NCBI GenBank assembly: GCA_024280215.1
Contig: JAJRQO010000022.1
Coordinates: forward strand, 6,910 to 70,909
DNA from: Candidatus Zixiibacteriota bacterium
Lineage (GTDB): Bacteria > Zixibacteria > MSB-5A5 > GN15 > FEB-12
Reading direction: 5' to 3'
Length of the DNA stretch: 64,000 nucleotides
A program made the position numbers and the translations under genes. How positions within the stretch are numbered: position 1 is the stretch's first letter; each line of letters starts with the position of its first letter. The notes beneath the pieces were generated by a model. That model worked only from the letters and a program-made list of their open reading frames with translations. It was not told where the DNA came from and did not search any database. This document shows positions 1 through 10,062 of the stretch, piece by piece.

Positions 1-190
1 TCTTCAAGTTGTAATTTCAGACGCAGCTTCAGAAGCAGAGTTAGAATAATTATTATTATCAGTACAGTTATCATATAAATCATATCTCGAATATAGTGAA
101 TGGTTATACTATTGTATATCGGTTTATACGCATGAATTGCTGAAAGGTTTTTTCTCTCATTGACAATACTCATATATTATGACTATTATT

Positions 191-535
191 ACCGACGTTC
201 TGTCGGTTCCTGATCCCACTTTAGTGGGATTGTGAACTGTCAGTAGGGTGGAAATCTTTAGCATTTCCGCCAAATAGAACTAAAGCAGTCATTGCGAGTC
301 CGCCTCGGTGGACGTGGCAATCTCATCTTTTGCTACTCATTCGAACTGCCGAACTCCTCTCCGTTTAACCAGAGTCCAGAAAATTACATACAACAGTAAC
401 TCCTTTCCTGCGGACGAAGGAATCAGAAGAGTAGAAAGTCAGATAATCACGAGATTTGAGCAGAGAAATTACTGAGCATTCCTATCTGTGATATGAAATG
501 TCATTCCCAACTTGATTGGGAATCCAGTTTTTTAC
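191..535. repeat. Cluster of at least five different short stem-loops inside a ~1 kb non-coding stretch (1-1005)
   Basis: Inverted repeats read directly. accgac-N5-gtcggt (191-207). atcccac-N4-gtgggat (213-230). ggtggaaat-N7-atttccgcc (247-271, one G-U). attgc..gtccgcc-tc-ggtggac..gcaat (291-321). attcccaa-N5-ttgggaat followed by a T-run (503-535). No convincing ORF or RBS in the region. Confidence 0.55.
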
Positions 536-1005
536 CATTGCCTTCTAATTCGTTACAAATTCTCTATATTAACTTTACACTTTCTCATTACCCAGCCATA
601 CATGACGAACCTATTTTATTAAAGAGAAAATGCATGTACAAAATCACTACACTTAATATGAGCAAAAATGGCTTTAAGCCATTTATTAAGCCAAAGCCAT
701 TTCTTTGTAACAAACTGCGTCTGTGTTGTTTATAGCGAAAAAAGAGATGAATAAATGAGTATAAAAAGATGTTATATATAGGACTGAACCCATTTGTGTT
801 TCTACAGTTATTATATTTTCATGGTGAAAAGACTGGACCCCATGTCAATCACGTGGAGGGGATGATTGGTTGCTTTGTAGGGAACAGGCTTGCCTGTTAC
901 GAAGTTCTACTCCATAAATGATGAGATAATTTTGTGATTTATTTGATATCTAAAAAATACTATATTGTTACTTAGAATAACTTTGAGAACTAGAAAGAAA
1001 CAAAG

Positions 1006-1341
1006 ATGGCATATGATGAAAAACTTGCTGAACGAGTGAGAGACCTGCTTCACACAAAGCGGGGGTATGTCGAAAAGAAAATGTTTGGTAGTATCTGTTT
1101 TATGATTTATGGCAATATGCTTTGCGGAGTAGTCGACGACAAGTTGATGGTTCGAGTTGGCAAAGAAAAATATCTTGAATTACTCAAGCGAAAATATGCC
1201 GACACGATGGACTTCACGGGCAAGCCGATGAAAGGAATGCTTTATGTATATTCAGGTGGAATCAAAACAAAGAAAAATTTACAATTTTGGCTCGACCAAT
1301 GCTTAGAATTTGTTGAATCATTACCAAAAAAGAAAATCTAA
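1006..1341 (+). CDS. TfoX/Sxy N-terminal domain protein
   Basis: 111 aa. The pattern KKMFGSICFMIYGNMLCGVVDDKLMVRV...FTGKPMKGMLYV is typical of the TfoX_N fold. ATG start follows an A-rich leader. Confidence 0.6.
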   Translation: MAYDEKLAERVRDLLHTKRGYVEKKMFGSICFMIYGNMLCGVVDDKLMVRVGKEKYLELLKRKYADTMDFTGKPMKGMLYVYSGGIKTKKNLQFWLDQCLEFVESLPKKKI

Positions 1342-1437
1342 TTGCTTTCATTATATAATTTCAGTAACTATCTAAATAAGTACCCGTATAAAAATATAAT
1401 AAAGATAAATTTTAATTAATTGTTATAAGGTCTTATA

Positions 1438-2400
1438 ATGAAAGCTATTGTTTATCATAAATATGGTTCTCCTGACGAACTAAAACTTGCCGATATTCCA
1501 AAGCCTGTTCCAAATGATAATCAGGTACTTGTCAAAGTACATTCGGCTTCTGTTAATCCACTTGATTGGCATTTTATGAGAGGCACACCGTTTGTCGTTC
1601 GTTTTATGGGGGCTGGTTTATTTAAACCTGATAAAGGACAACTCGGTGTGGATATCGCTGGCATAGTTGAAGCAGTAGGTAAAAATGTTACCGAGTTTAA
1701 AGTAGGCGATGAGGTTTTTGGAGGAGCTAATATCAATGGGTTTGCCGAGTATGTTTCTATTGTCGATTGTAGGTTAGTGTTAAAACCTGTTAATGTTTCT
1801 TTTGATGATGCTGCTTCGGTACCGATTGCTGCAATCACAGCCCTACAAGCCCTTCGTGATATTGGTAATATTCAATCTGGGCAAAAAATTTTAATCAATG
1901 GTGCTTCAGGTGGTGTCGGTACTTTTGCGGTACAGATTGCGAAATCATATAATGCTGAAGTAACAGGTGTATGTAGCACCAGAAATTTAGATATGGTACG
2001 ATCAATTGGTGCTGATTATGTCATTGACTATACCAAAGATGATTTCACTAAAATGCAAAAAAGGTATGACTTGATTCTTGATAACGTTGCTTTTCACTCA
2101 ATGAGAGTTTACAAGAGGGTACTTAGTCAAAATGGAAGATTTGTAATGGTGGGAGGTTCTATGGCTCTTATGTTAAAGCTTGCACTGTTTGGTTCATTAA
2201 ATTCAATGATTGGGAGTAAGAAATTTAGTGGTATAATGGCTAAAATTTCCAATCAAGATTTACAAGTGATGTCTCAACTTCTTGAATCCAAACAAGTAAA
2301 ACCTGTTATTGATAGAAAATATTCATTAATTGAAGTACCTGACGCTATCCGTTATCTTGAAGAGGGTCATGCTCAAGGAAAAGTGATAATTACAATTTAA
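1438..2400 (+). CDS. NAD(P)-dependent medium-chain dehydrogenase/reductase (quinone oxidoreductase-like)
   Basis: 320 aa. MDR layout with an N-terminal GroES-like part (VLVKVHSASVNPLDW) and Rossmann motif INGASGGVGTFAVQIAK. C-terminal GHAQGKVII. Confidence 0.85.
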   Translation: MKAIVYHKYGSPDELKLADIPKPVPNDNQVLVKVHSASVNPLDWHFMRGTPFVVRFMGAGLFKPDKGQLGVDIAGIVEAVGKNVTEFKVGDEVFGGANINGFAEYVSIVDCRLVLKPVNVSFDDAASVPIAAITALQALRDIGNIQSGQKILINGASGGVGTFAVQIAKSYNAEVTGVCSTRNLDMVRSIGADYVIDYTKDDFTKMQKRYDLILDNVAFHSMRVYKRVLSQNGRFVMVGGSMALMLKLALFGSLNSMIGSKKFSGIMAKISNQDLQVMSQLLESKQVKPVIDRKYSLIEVPDAIRYLEEGHAQGKVIITI

Positions 2401-2410
2401 AAACTTATAA

Positions 2411-4126
2411 TTATTTTAAGTCCATTAATTCCCAAAGAAGTGCTGGGGCAATGGAGCCATACGAAAGCAATTCATCATGGAATGCTTGTAGTGAGAAATC
2501 GGCACTATGTTTGGTTTTATAGGCATCAAGAAGTTTGACAATTTCTGTTTTACCTGTGAGGTATGACATCGGCATAGTTGGATACATTGTATATTTGCGA
2601 ACTTGTTTTTTGATATAATTTTTTCCTGATTCAGAATCAACATCCAATGCTTCATTCATCCAGTCAACACATTCCTGATAAGTGAATTGTCCTGTATGAA
2701 GTTTCATATCGGCAATAATTCGAGCTGCACGAAAACGAATACCACCTAAAATACCCAACCATTGATTATGGTCTTCATCGCCGAAGAGACCTTGTTCATA
2801 CATCATTTGCTCAGAGTACAACGCCCATCCTTCAAGCATCATTGAATTCATTTGCCATTTACGTACTGGGTCGGCATTCATTCCAGCAAGCTGCATTTGT
2901 AAATGATGTCCTGGGAAAGCTTCATGCACGACAGAGCCTTTGAAACCACGACGGTGGACATAGCGATAACGACTTTCAAGCATTTTCCGAGAGAGGTCAT
3001 CAGGGATAGGGCGAACATAAAAATATCCATGTTGTTCTGTGTCAAATGGTCCAGCTGGTTGGTAGGCAATGCCAGCAATCATCGAACGTAAGAATGCTGG
3101 AGTCTCAATGACAGAGACTGGAGCAATGTTTTCTGGGATCGTAACGATTTCATTTTTTTTAAGAAAAATCTTTACCTGTTCTGTTTCCCAATTATAATAA
3201 TTTAAGATGTCTTGTTTGGTGAAGTTGGATGGAACAAACACTGAGTCGATACCATTTTGATGATTTGATTCAACGATTGTTTGATAGGCTTTGTATGCTT
3301 TGTCAGCATCGGCATAGAGTGTTTCACCAATTTTTAAAAGTGAGTCAGATGTATAGTCTAAAAAGTATTCATGCTTCAGTTTGTAGTCTAATCTTTTTTT
3401 GCCTATGGAAAAAGAGTTTTCTGGTCCTGCTTTGATTTCAGAGAGAAAAATAATAAAATTATTGATAGCATCACGTGCCGAGGAAGAAGTTTTTAATATA
3501 TTGTCGGCACGCTCAGGGAATTTGTTCATCAGTTCGCCAGCAACTTCTTTATAAAAATCAATTGCTGTCTCAGCAGATTCTATTGCTGCATCAATATAAA
3601 TTTGTGGTGGGTTTTTTATGTTCTTTTGAGCAGTCGCAAAAAATGTTTTAGCAGATTTCATACGACTAATAAGTGGAACAACTTTTTCAGAGAGAGGAGC
3701 ATGGTTTGAAAGAACAAGATAGTAAATGCCATTGACGGCATCGTCGATATAGAGCTGAGGAGATTTTTTATGCCATGCAATCTGTTTTATGTCAAGAAGT
3801 GCAATGTCGAGATTTGATTTTAAAAGTTTGTAATTTGTTCGTTCATTAACAGAAAGTTTGGCACCTTTGTATTTATAAAGTTTTTTCTGATAGCTATTTA
3901 ATTTCTTAATCATCGCTTTGACTGATTTTTGAGAATAGTCGGTCAAGCGATGGTCGTAGGCATGGATACCCATTTCAGTTGAGCGGACTGGGTAAAAAGA
4001 TTGAATTGATTCTAAAATATTATCACTCAGTTTTTCAAATTTAGTTTTTGTTTGAGCGTTTGTCAATGATGCGATGAGCAGCATGGCAGTTATCGTAAGT
4101 ATAAAAATATTTTTTAATCTAAGCAT
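2411..4126 (-). CDS. DUF885 family secreted protein (HExxH-like metallopeptidase fold)
   Basis: 571 aa. N-terminal signal peptide (LLIASLTNAQT). The characteristic DUF885 motif HEAFPGHHLQ lies near the C-terminal third. Confidence 0.75.
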   Translation of the reverse strand: MLRLKNIFILTITAMLLIASLTNAQTKTKFEKLSDNILESIQSFYPVRSTEMGIHAYDHRLTDYSQKSVKAMIKKLNSYQKKLYKYKGAKLSVNERTNYKLLKSNLDIALLDIKQIAWHKKSPQLYIDDAVNGIYYLVLSNHAPLSEKVVPLISRMKSAKTFFATAQKNIKNPPQIYIDAAIESAETAIDFYKEVAGELMNKFPERADNILKTSSSARDAINNFIIFLSEIKAGPENSFSIGKKRLDYKLKHEYFLDYTSDSLLKIGETLYADADKAYKAYQTIVESNHQNGIDSVFVPSNFTKQDILNYYNWETEQVKIFLKKNEIVTIPENIAPVSVIETPAFLRSMIAGIAYQPAGPFDTEQHGYFYVRPIPDDLSRKMLESRYRYVHRRGFKGSVVHEAFPGHHLQMQLAGMNADPVRKWQMNSMMLEGWALYSEQMMYEQGLFGDEDHNQWLGILGGIRFRAARIIADMKLHTGQFTYQECVDWMNEALDVDSESGKNYIKKQVRKYTMYPTMPMSYLTGKTEIVKLLDAYKTKHSADFSLQAFHDELLSYGSIAPALLWELMDLK

Positions 4127-4187
4127 TCTATCTCCTGTTTAATTTCAAGGCAAAAATGTAATACAATTACATTTGTTATGCAAGTGG

Positions 4188-5603
4188 CTATCTCTTATAA
4201 AACATCGACGCCAATTCGATGTGCATTGTGTGTGGGAACATATCCACAGGTTGTATCTCGGGCAGGTCATAGCCCGAATCGACCAGTTTTTGTGCATCAC
4301 GTGCGAATGTCGCTGGGTTGCACGAAATATAGAGAATTTTTTCAGGATTAAGTGTGATAAGTTGTTTGAGAGCTTTTGGGTTGAGCCCTGCACGAGGAGG
4401 GTCAATAATTGCGACGTTGTAATTATTTTCTTTCATAAAATCAGACTTCAAAAATTCTTTTACAAATCCTTGATAAAATTGAATATTTTTAACGCCATTA
4501 TTTTCAGCATTTAACTTGGCAGCTTCGACCGCATCGGCAACTAATTCCACTCCGACTACTTCTGAGACTTTGTCGGCAAGAAGAATCCCAATGGTACCTG
4601 TACCACAGTAGAGGTCTAATACTTTGTCGTCTGGTTCAGGATTGAGCATGTCAAAGCCCGTTTGGTAGAGTACTTCAGCTTGTAATGAATTAGTTTGGAA
4701 AAATGAATTGGCAGTAATTTTAAAAAGTTTTCCTGATAATTTTTCTTCAATATAGCCAGGTCCATAGAGGGTTGCTTCGGTTTCACCAATGGCGATGTTG
4801 GATTTTTGTCCGTTTTGTGAATGGATAATGGTTGTAATAAATGGAAAGGCTTGGGTGATTTCATTGACAAATTTTTCGACTTCAGGGAAATCACCATAGT
4901 TGGTGACAACATTGACCATCAGTTGATTTGTTTGTTTTGTTTGGCGAAGCATAAAGAAACGAATAAAACCAACATGGTTTTGGACATCGTAGACAGTCAG
5001 ATTATTGTTTTCAATATATGCACGCATCCATTTGACAAGTTCACCGTCAGTCTTTTGGGAGATATGGCATTCGTTTAAGTTGAAAATATCCTGATAAGAA
5101 CCACGACTATGTAAACCAAGGGTGAAACCATCTTCGGTGACATTGGATGAGTATTCCATTTTGTTTCGGTAGTGAAAAACTTCTTTGGAGCCAATGATGT
5201 CAAGAATATTCACATCTTTTAATGCACCAATCCGCTCAATGCAATCGTTTACTTGTTTTTGTTTATATGTTAGTTGGTCTTCGTATTGTAAGTCGAGCCA
5301 TGTACATCCTCCACATTCATGGAAATGTGAACAGACCGCATCGACACGTTTGTCTGATTTTTTTATGATTTTCCGAGTGATGCCATTGAAGTATCGAGCT
5401 TTTGTTCGAGTGATTTCAGCAAGTACGGTTTCTCCTGGGAGACCTCCCTTGAGGAAAATTACTTTGCCGTCGATATGTCCTACCGCTTTTCCGTCAAAGG
5501 CTAAATCGGTTATTTCTACTTCTATTAAATTAGTGTGAGTGGTGTTTGTCATTGTGGGTATGAGTACAGAGTAATTCGGAGTTGTCGCATTCGTGAGTTT
5601 CAA
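4188..5603 (-). CDS. rlmD: 23S rRNA (uracil-C5)-methyltransferase, RumA/RlmD family
   Basis: TRAM-like N-terminus (IEVEITDLAFDGKAVGH). Fe-S cysteine cluster CSHFHECGGCTW. SAM motif LDLYCGTGTIG and C-terminal YISCNPAT. The start is more likely the internal Met at 5552, because 5530-5603 overlaps the upstream gene's end. Confidence 0.85.
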   Translation of the reverse strand: MKLTNATTPNYSVLIPTMTNTTHTNLIEVEITDLAFDGKAVGHIDGKVIFLKGGLPGETVLAEITRTKARYFNGITRKIIKKSDKRVDAVCSHFHECGGCTWLDLQYEDQLTYKQKQVNDCIERIGALKDVNILDIIGSKEVFHYRNKMEYSSNVTEDGFTLGLHSRGSYQDIFNLNECHISQKTDGELVKWMRAYIENNNLTVYDVQNHVGFIRFFMLRQTKQTNQLMVNVVTNYGDFPEVEKFVNEITQAFPFITTIIHSQNGQKSNIAIGETEATLYGPGYIEEKLSGKLFKITANSFFQTNSLQAEVLYQTGFDMLNPEPDDKVLDLYCGTGTIGILLADKVSEVVGVELVADAVEAAKLNAENNGVKNIQFYQGFVKEFLKSDFMKENNYNVAIIDPPRAGLNPKALKQLITLNPEKILYISCNPATFARDAQKLVDSGYDLPEIQPVDMFPHTMHIELASMFYKR

Positions 5604-6462
5604 CTTGAATAGTTCCGTGTCCTATCTTAAATTTTTCTTTTAGCATGGAATTTAATGCTCTTGTTAGTGCAGGAGCGTCAGGTAGATCAGACTCGCCTAC
5701 ACAAATATGGCAAGAGAGGGCAATTTCTTTTGATGAGAGAGACCAGATATGTAAATCGTGCACATCAATAATTTTTTCAAATACCATCATTTCTGTGTGA
5801 ACTTTATCAAAGTCAATTCCTGCAGGTACCGCTTCCAAAAAGACAAGGGTTGCTTCTTTTATAACAGAATAAGATGACCAAAGAATCATAAGAGCAATAA
5901 CAAACGACAAAAAGACATCAATGATATATAAGTCTGTCATTATTATAACAATACCGCCGATGATGACCGCTACCGATGAAAGAGCATCGTATGCCATGTG
6001 TAAAAATGCGGTTTTCATGTTAAGCGATTTCCCTTTTTCAGAATGCAGCAATAATATAGAGACAATATTCCCGATTAAACCAATTACAGAAACAGTCAGA
6101 AACATAACTGGATACTTCAACTCTTGGGGATTGTAAAATCTATCATAAGCCTCAGCCATAATAAAAATAGAGATAACTACCAATGAGACTGCCGAAATAA
6201 AAGCAGTCATTACTTCAATACGTAAATACCCATATGTCGATTTTTTTGTCGCAGGGAGTTCAGAACCTTTGGCACCAAGCCATGCTAAAATAAGAGCAGC
6301 GACATCGGAAAGATTATGGATTGCATCTGAAATGAGAGCTAAATATCCTGAGAGAATACCACCGATAAACTCAGCGATAGTGATTATTAAGTTGAAGATA
6401 ATAGTCCAGAAAAGTTTTTTTCCTGAAACTTGCTGATGGTCGTGTGAGTGTGCCATTGTCAA
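5530..6462 (-). CDS. Cation diffusion facilitator (CDF) family divalent-metal efflux transporter
   Basis: 310 aa. His-rich N- and C-termini, six predicted TM segments, and the CDF signature SDAIHNLSDV / LHMAYDALSS. Confidence 0.85.
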   Translation of the reverse strand: MTMAHSHDHQQVSGKKLFWTIIFNLIITIAEFIGGILSGYLALISDAIHNLSDVAALILAWLGAKGSELPATKKSTYGYLRIEVMTAFISAVSLVVISIFIMAEAYDRFYNPQELKYPVMFLTVSVIGLIGNIVSILLLHSEKGKSLNMKTAFLHMAYDALSSVAVIIGGIVIIMTDLYIIDVFLSFVIALMILWSSYSVIKEATLVFLEAVPAGIDFDKVHTEMMVFEKIIDVHDLHIWSLSSKEIALSCHICVGESDLPDAPALTRALNSMLKEKFKIGHGTIQVETHECDNSELLCTHTHNDKHHSH

Positions 6463-6495
6463 TAATATACGAAATCTAAGTATTGAAAGAAATAA

Positions 6496-6978
6496 CTATT
6501 TTAGCTCTTTTATAAGCAGATTGATTGCTTGCATGTGGTAAGTTTCGTGGTAACCAATTGCTAAAACAGCATCATGAAATGAGTTGAGGGTCATTCCAAA
6601 TGAAACATGGGCGGGTTCATCGTATTGTTTGTCAGCATAGAAGTGTAAGTCTTTTTCTAAGACAGTTATTGATTCTTTTAGTTCAGTTAAAAGTCTTTCA
6701 AATGTAGGAGTTTCAGAATCAAAATTGGCGGGGGAGGAACCTTTGGCAAAATATCCCAAATATTTCTCATCAATGATTGGCATAACGATATTTGAGCGAC
6801 GGTATATAAGAGAAATTTGGGTCGTTAGAATATGACCTGCTTGCCAGAGCAAATTATTAGAAAATTTATCAGGAATCAGAAGCGATTGTTCTTGGCTAAT
6901 ACTTTCAAGAAGAGAAATGTTTTTGTAACGTATGAAAACAAGATTTGAGAAGGCATGTTCGCGAAGTTCTTTTTCCAT
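6496..6978 (-). CDS. DinB-family (DinB_2-like) four-helix-bundle protein
   Basis: 160 aa. Spaced His residues (GHILTT ... HETYHMQ) resemble the DinB metal triad. Confidence 0.55.
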   Translation of the reverse strand: MEKELREHAFSNLVFIRYKNISLLESISQEQSLLIPDKFSNNLLWQAGHILTTQISLIYRRSNIVMPIIDEKYLGYFAKGSSPANFDSETPTFERLLTELKESITVLEKDLHFYADKQYDEPAHVSFGMTLNSFHDAVLAIGYHETYHMQAINLLIKELK

Positions 6979-6980
6979 AA

Positions 6981-7646
6981 TTATCCTTTGATAAGTTTAA
7001 GAGCAAAAAATCCTAAGAATAAAAGCAAAACGAATGCGACTGCTAAGAGATTGAAATATTTGTCAATGAATTCCTGTATTTTATTTCCATACTTTTTGTA
7101 CATCATACCGATAGTTCCAGCTACAGCAAAAAATCGAAGCGGTCTGCTAATAGCTGATGCGACGACAAAAGGAATAAAACTCATTTTGAAAAATCCAGCA
7201 GCGATAGTGAATACTTTATAAGGTATAGGAGTGAAGCCTGCAATACCAACAGCCCACGGACCGACTTGCATGCCAAACATTTCTTTTTCATTAAACCAAT
7301 GATTGGCAACGGTCAGAAGTTCTTCGGGAGTTGTGCCAGAGATTGATGCGGTCATTGACATCATCGTCTCGCCAATCAATTCAAAGGCGTACATGCCTAT
7401 GAAGTAGCCAACGATACCACCAATAACAGAGCCAGCCGAACAGATAAGAGCAAAACGAACCCACTTTTTGTGGTCACCCATACAGAGTGCGATAAGAAGT
7501 GTGTCGGGGGGAATTGGGAAAAATGACGCTTCCGCAAGTGAGAGGAAAAAGAGTGCTGCTTGGGAGTTTTTGGAATGGCTCCATTTGAGAACCCAATCGT
7601 AAAGTGAACGCATCCATCTGAGAGGAGCCAGCAATATATGTAGCAC
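6981..7646 (-). CDS. YqaA/DedA-like (SNARE-associated) membrane protein
   Basis: 221 aa. Motif LAEASFFPIPPDTLL and multiple TM segments. Only 2 nt from the next gene. Confidence 0.7.
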   Translation of the reverse strand: MLHILLAPLRWMRSLYDWVLKWSHSKNSQAALFFLSLAEASFFPIPPDTLLIALCMGDHKKWVRFALICSAGSVIGGIVGYFIGMYAFELIGETMMSMTASISGTTPEELLTVANHWFNEKEMFGMQVGPWAVGIAGFTPIPYKVFTIAAGFFKMSFIPFVVASAISRPLRFFAVAGTIGMMYKKYGNKIQEFIDKYFNLLAVAFVLLLFLGFFALKLIKG

Positions 7647-8981
7647 TTAATCTTCCTTACCGTTTTCTTTGTCGATTGGTTTGTTCTTTAAGAGTTCGAT
7701 TTTTAATCGGGTTAATCTGTTATCTTCTTCTTCTAAGACAACAATTTTAACGTCATTAATGATGACCTCGTAATCTTTTTTAGGTATCGCTCCTACATAG
7801 TCTAAGACTAACCCTGCTATTGTCTCGGCTCTGTCTTCAGGAAGTTTCGAGTTGAGCATTTCATTGATAGCTCCAACCCATACTGACCCTTCTGCGTAGA
7901 CAACATTTTCAGAATGTTTGACCAATGGTTCACGTTCCACGTCGTATTCATCCTGAATTTCACCAACGAGCTCTTCTAATATATCTTCAAGAGTTATAAT
8001 GCCAGCTGTACCACCAAATTCATCTAAGACAATAGCAATGTGTTGTTTCTTCTTTTGGAAAATATTTAAAAGCTTTGAGAGTGGCATAGAGTCAGGGACA
8101 AAAAGAGGGTCTCTCAGTAAGTTTGATAATATGATGAGTTCAGGATTGACTTTGTGTAGAATAATATCTTTGGTGTATAGAACCCCGACAATTTTATCAA
8201 TATTGTCTTCATAAAGAGGATAGCGACTATAACCATTTTGACTAATAGTTTCAAAAATTGATTTTTGTTCAGCATTGATTTCAATTGCCTCAACATCTAT
8301 ACGTGGCGTCATCGCTCGCCTGACAGTCGAATCAGCAAAATCAAAAACTGATTTGATTAATCGTTCTTCGGTTTCATCAAAAACACCTTTTTGTTTCCCA
8401 TCAAAAATCATCTGATTGATTTCATCTTCTGAGACAACAGTTTGTCCATTCGATGTTGAGATACCAAACAGTTTGAGTATGAGAGTTGCTGATTTACTTA
8501 GGGCATTTGAGAAAAAGGATGTGAGTTTAATAAATAGTGTTATAGGTCGTGCAACAAATTGAGCGTAGCGTTCAGGGTTTGAAAGGGCAATATATTTGGG
8601 GACTAACTCCCCAATAACAACAGATACGATTGTAATCAAAATTGCAACGATAGCAACTGAAAAAGTACCTGATGAATTTGAAACATATTCAATAGGAATT
8701 TTAAGTATAATTGCTTCAATAGATTTTACTAATGTTGCTCCACCAAAGACACCTGCTAAGGTTGCAAAGAGGGTGATGCCTACTTGTACGGTTGCTAAGA
8801 ATTTTTCGGGGGTGTTGTGTAGGTCTAAGGCTGCTTTGGCAGATTTAGAACCATCTTCAAGTTTTGAAACAAGTTTACTTTTGCGACTGGCAATTATTGA
8901 GAATTCCGATAGAGCGAAATAGCCATTTGCAATAATTAAACATAAAATTGCAAGGATTTCATAGGTAAGAGTACTCTCCAT
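7647..8981 (-). CDS. CNNM/DUF21-CBS-CorC_HlyC family transporter-associated protein (hemolysin C-like)
   Basis: 444 aa. N-terminal 4-TM DUF21 domain, a CBS pair (VRRAMTPRIDV...), and a CorC/HlyC C-terminal domain. Confidence 0.85.
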   Translation of the reverse strand: MESTLTYEILAILCLIIANGYFALSEFSIIASRKSKLVSKLEDGSKSAKAALDLHNTPEKFLATVQVGITLFATLAGVFGGATLVKSIEAIILKIPIEYVSNSSGTFSVAIVAILITIVSVVIGELVPKYIALSNPERYAQFVARPITLFIKLTSFFSNALSKSATLILKLFGISTSNGQTVVSEDEINQMIFDGKQKGVFDETEERLIKSVFDFADSTVRRAMTPRIDVEAIEINAEQKSIFETISQNGYSRYPLYEDNIDKIVGVLYTKDIILHKVNPELIILSNLLRDPLFVPDSMPLSKLLNIFQKKKQHIAIVLDEFGGTAGIITLEDILEELVGEIQDEYDVEREPLVKHSENVVYAEGSVWVGAINEMLNSKLPEDRAETIAGLVLDYVGAIPKKDYEVIINDVKIVVLEEEDNRLTRLKIELLKNKPIDKENGKED

Positions 8982-9042
8982 TTAGAGAGTCTCCATACAT
9001 GTTGTTCCTGGCAACGGAACAGGTTCAGCTTGTTCGGATGAG

Positions 9043-9918
9043 TTATCCAATATTAGCATATCCTTGATATATAGATTCTTTAGATAGTTTTTTTAGTTTT
9101 TCAATTCGTTCTTCAACAGGGGGATGAGTCGAAAACATCGATTTAAATTTTTTCTTACTGACTGGATTTGCAATCATCAAATGAGCGGTTGCAGGAGTTT
9201 TTTCCAAATCTAACCTAATTGGGGCAGAGTGTAATTTTTTTAATGCTGAGGCTAATTCATTGTAGCGGTTGGTCATTTTTGCTCCGATAGCATCAGCTTT
9301 AAATTCACGACTTCTTGAAATTGCCATCTGAATAACCATCGCCGCCATTGGTGCTACAATTGCCCCTATTATGAGTCCGATAATACCACCACCACGGTTG
9401 TCGTCACGACCGTATCCGCCGAATATCGCACCCCATCGTGCCATGACTGCCATATAACTAATCGCTCCAGCAAATGTGGCGGCGATTGTACCGATAAGCA
9501 TATCTTTATTTTTAATATGAGCGAGTTCATGTCCGATGACACCCTCAAGCTCGGCATCGTTTAGAATTTCTAAAATCCCTTCTGTACAAGCAACTGCGGA
9601 ATGTTCTTCGCTTCGTCCCGTGGCAAATGCGTTTGGTGCTTTTGATGGGACGATGTAGACTTTTGGCATTGGCATCATTGCTTTGGTTGTAATATCTTTG
9701 ACGATGCGATAGAGACGGGAGTTTTCATTCTCGGTGACTTCTTTGGCTTTGTACATTTTCAGAACAACTTTATCGGAAAACCAATAGGTTCCTAAATTCA
9801 TGAGAGCAGCGATAAAGAAAGCTCCAAAGAGACCGATGCGACCTCCGAGAAGAAAGCCAACAGTACCAAAAAGCACGACCAATCCAGTCATGAGTAATGT
9901 AATTTTAAAGTTATTCAA
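9043..9918 (-). CDS. htpX: Zinc metalloprotease HtpX (peptidase M48)
   Basis: 291 aa. HELAHIKNKD (HExxH) between TM segments, plus the C-terminal STHPPVEERI motif typical of HtpX. Confidence 0.85.
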   Translation of the reverse strand: MNNFKITLLMTGLVVLFGTVGFLLGGRIGLFGAFFIAALMNLGTYWFSDKVVLKMYKAKEVTENENSRLYRIVKDITTKAMMPMPKVYIVPSKAPNAFATGRSEEHSAVACTEGILEILNDAELEGVIGHELAHIKNKDMLIGTIAATFAGAISYMAVMARWGAIFGGYGRDDNRGGGIIGLIIGAIVAPMAAMVIQMAISRSREFKADAIGAKMTNRYNELASALKKLHSAPIRLDLEKTPATAHLMIANPVSKKKFKSMFSTHPPVEERIEKLKKLSKESIYQGYANIG

Positions 9919-10062
9919 AATGTATCTATCCTTCGTCTGTATGCCACATTTATTAATCTACACAAATCAATCCTGAGGTCAAGTTTTTATCTTACTATGT
10001 ATAGCGAAATAACTTGAGAAAAGTTCCAAAAACAAGCTTTGATTTGCATGAAAGATGAACGA

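Noticed and set aside
1-78. Possible 3' end of a plus-strand gene running in from the left edge (e.g. ..LQVVISDAASEAELE* ending at 49)
   Set aside because: Only 15-25 codons are visible and two frames are open, which is too little sequence to support a call.
191-535. Possible CRISPR array suggested by multiple palindromic elements
   Set aside because: The hairpins all have different sequences and irregular spacing. There is no repeated unit and there are no cas genes in the window.
493-735. 80-aa ORF in the non-coding hairpin region
   Set aside because: It has no RBS, begins inside a hairpin/terminator element (503-535), and has odd Cys/Leu/Lys-rich composition with no recognisable motif. 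It is most likely a chance ORF in AT-rich spacer DNA.
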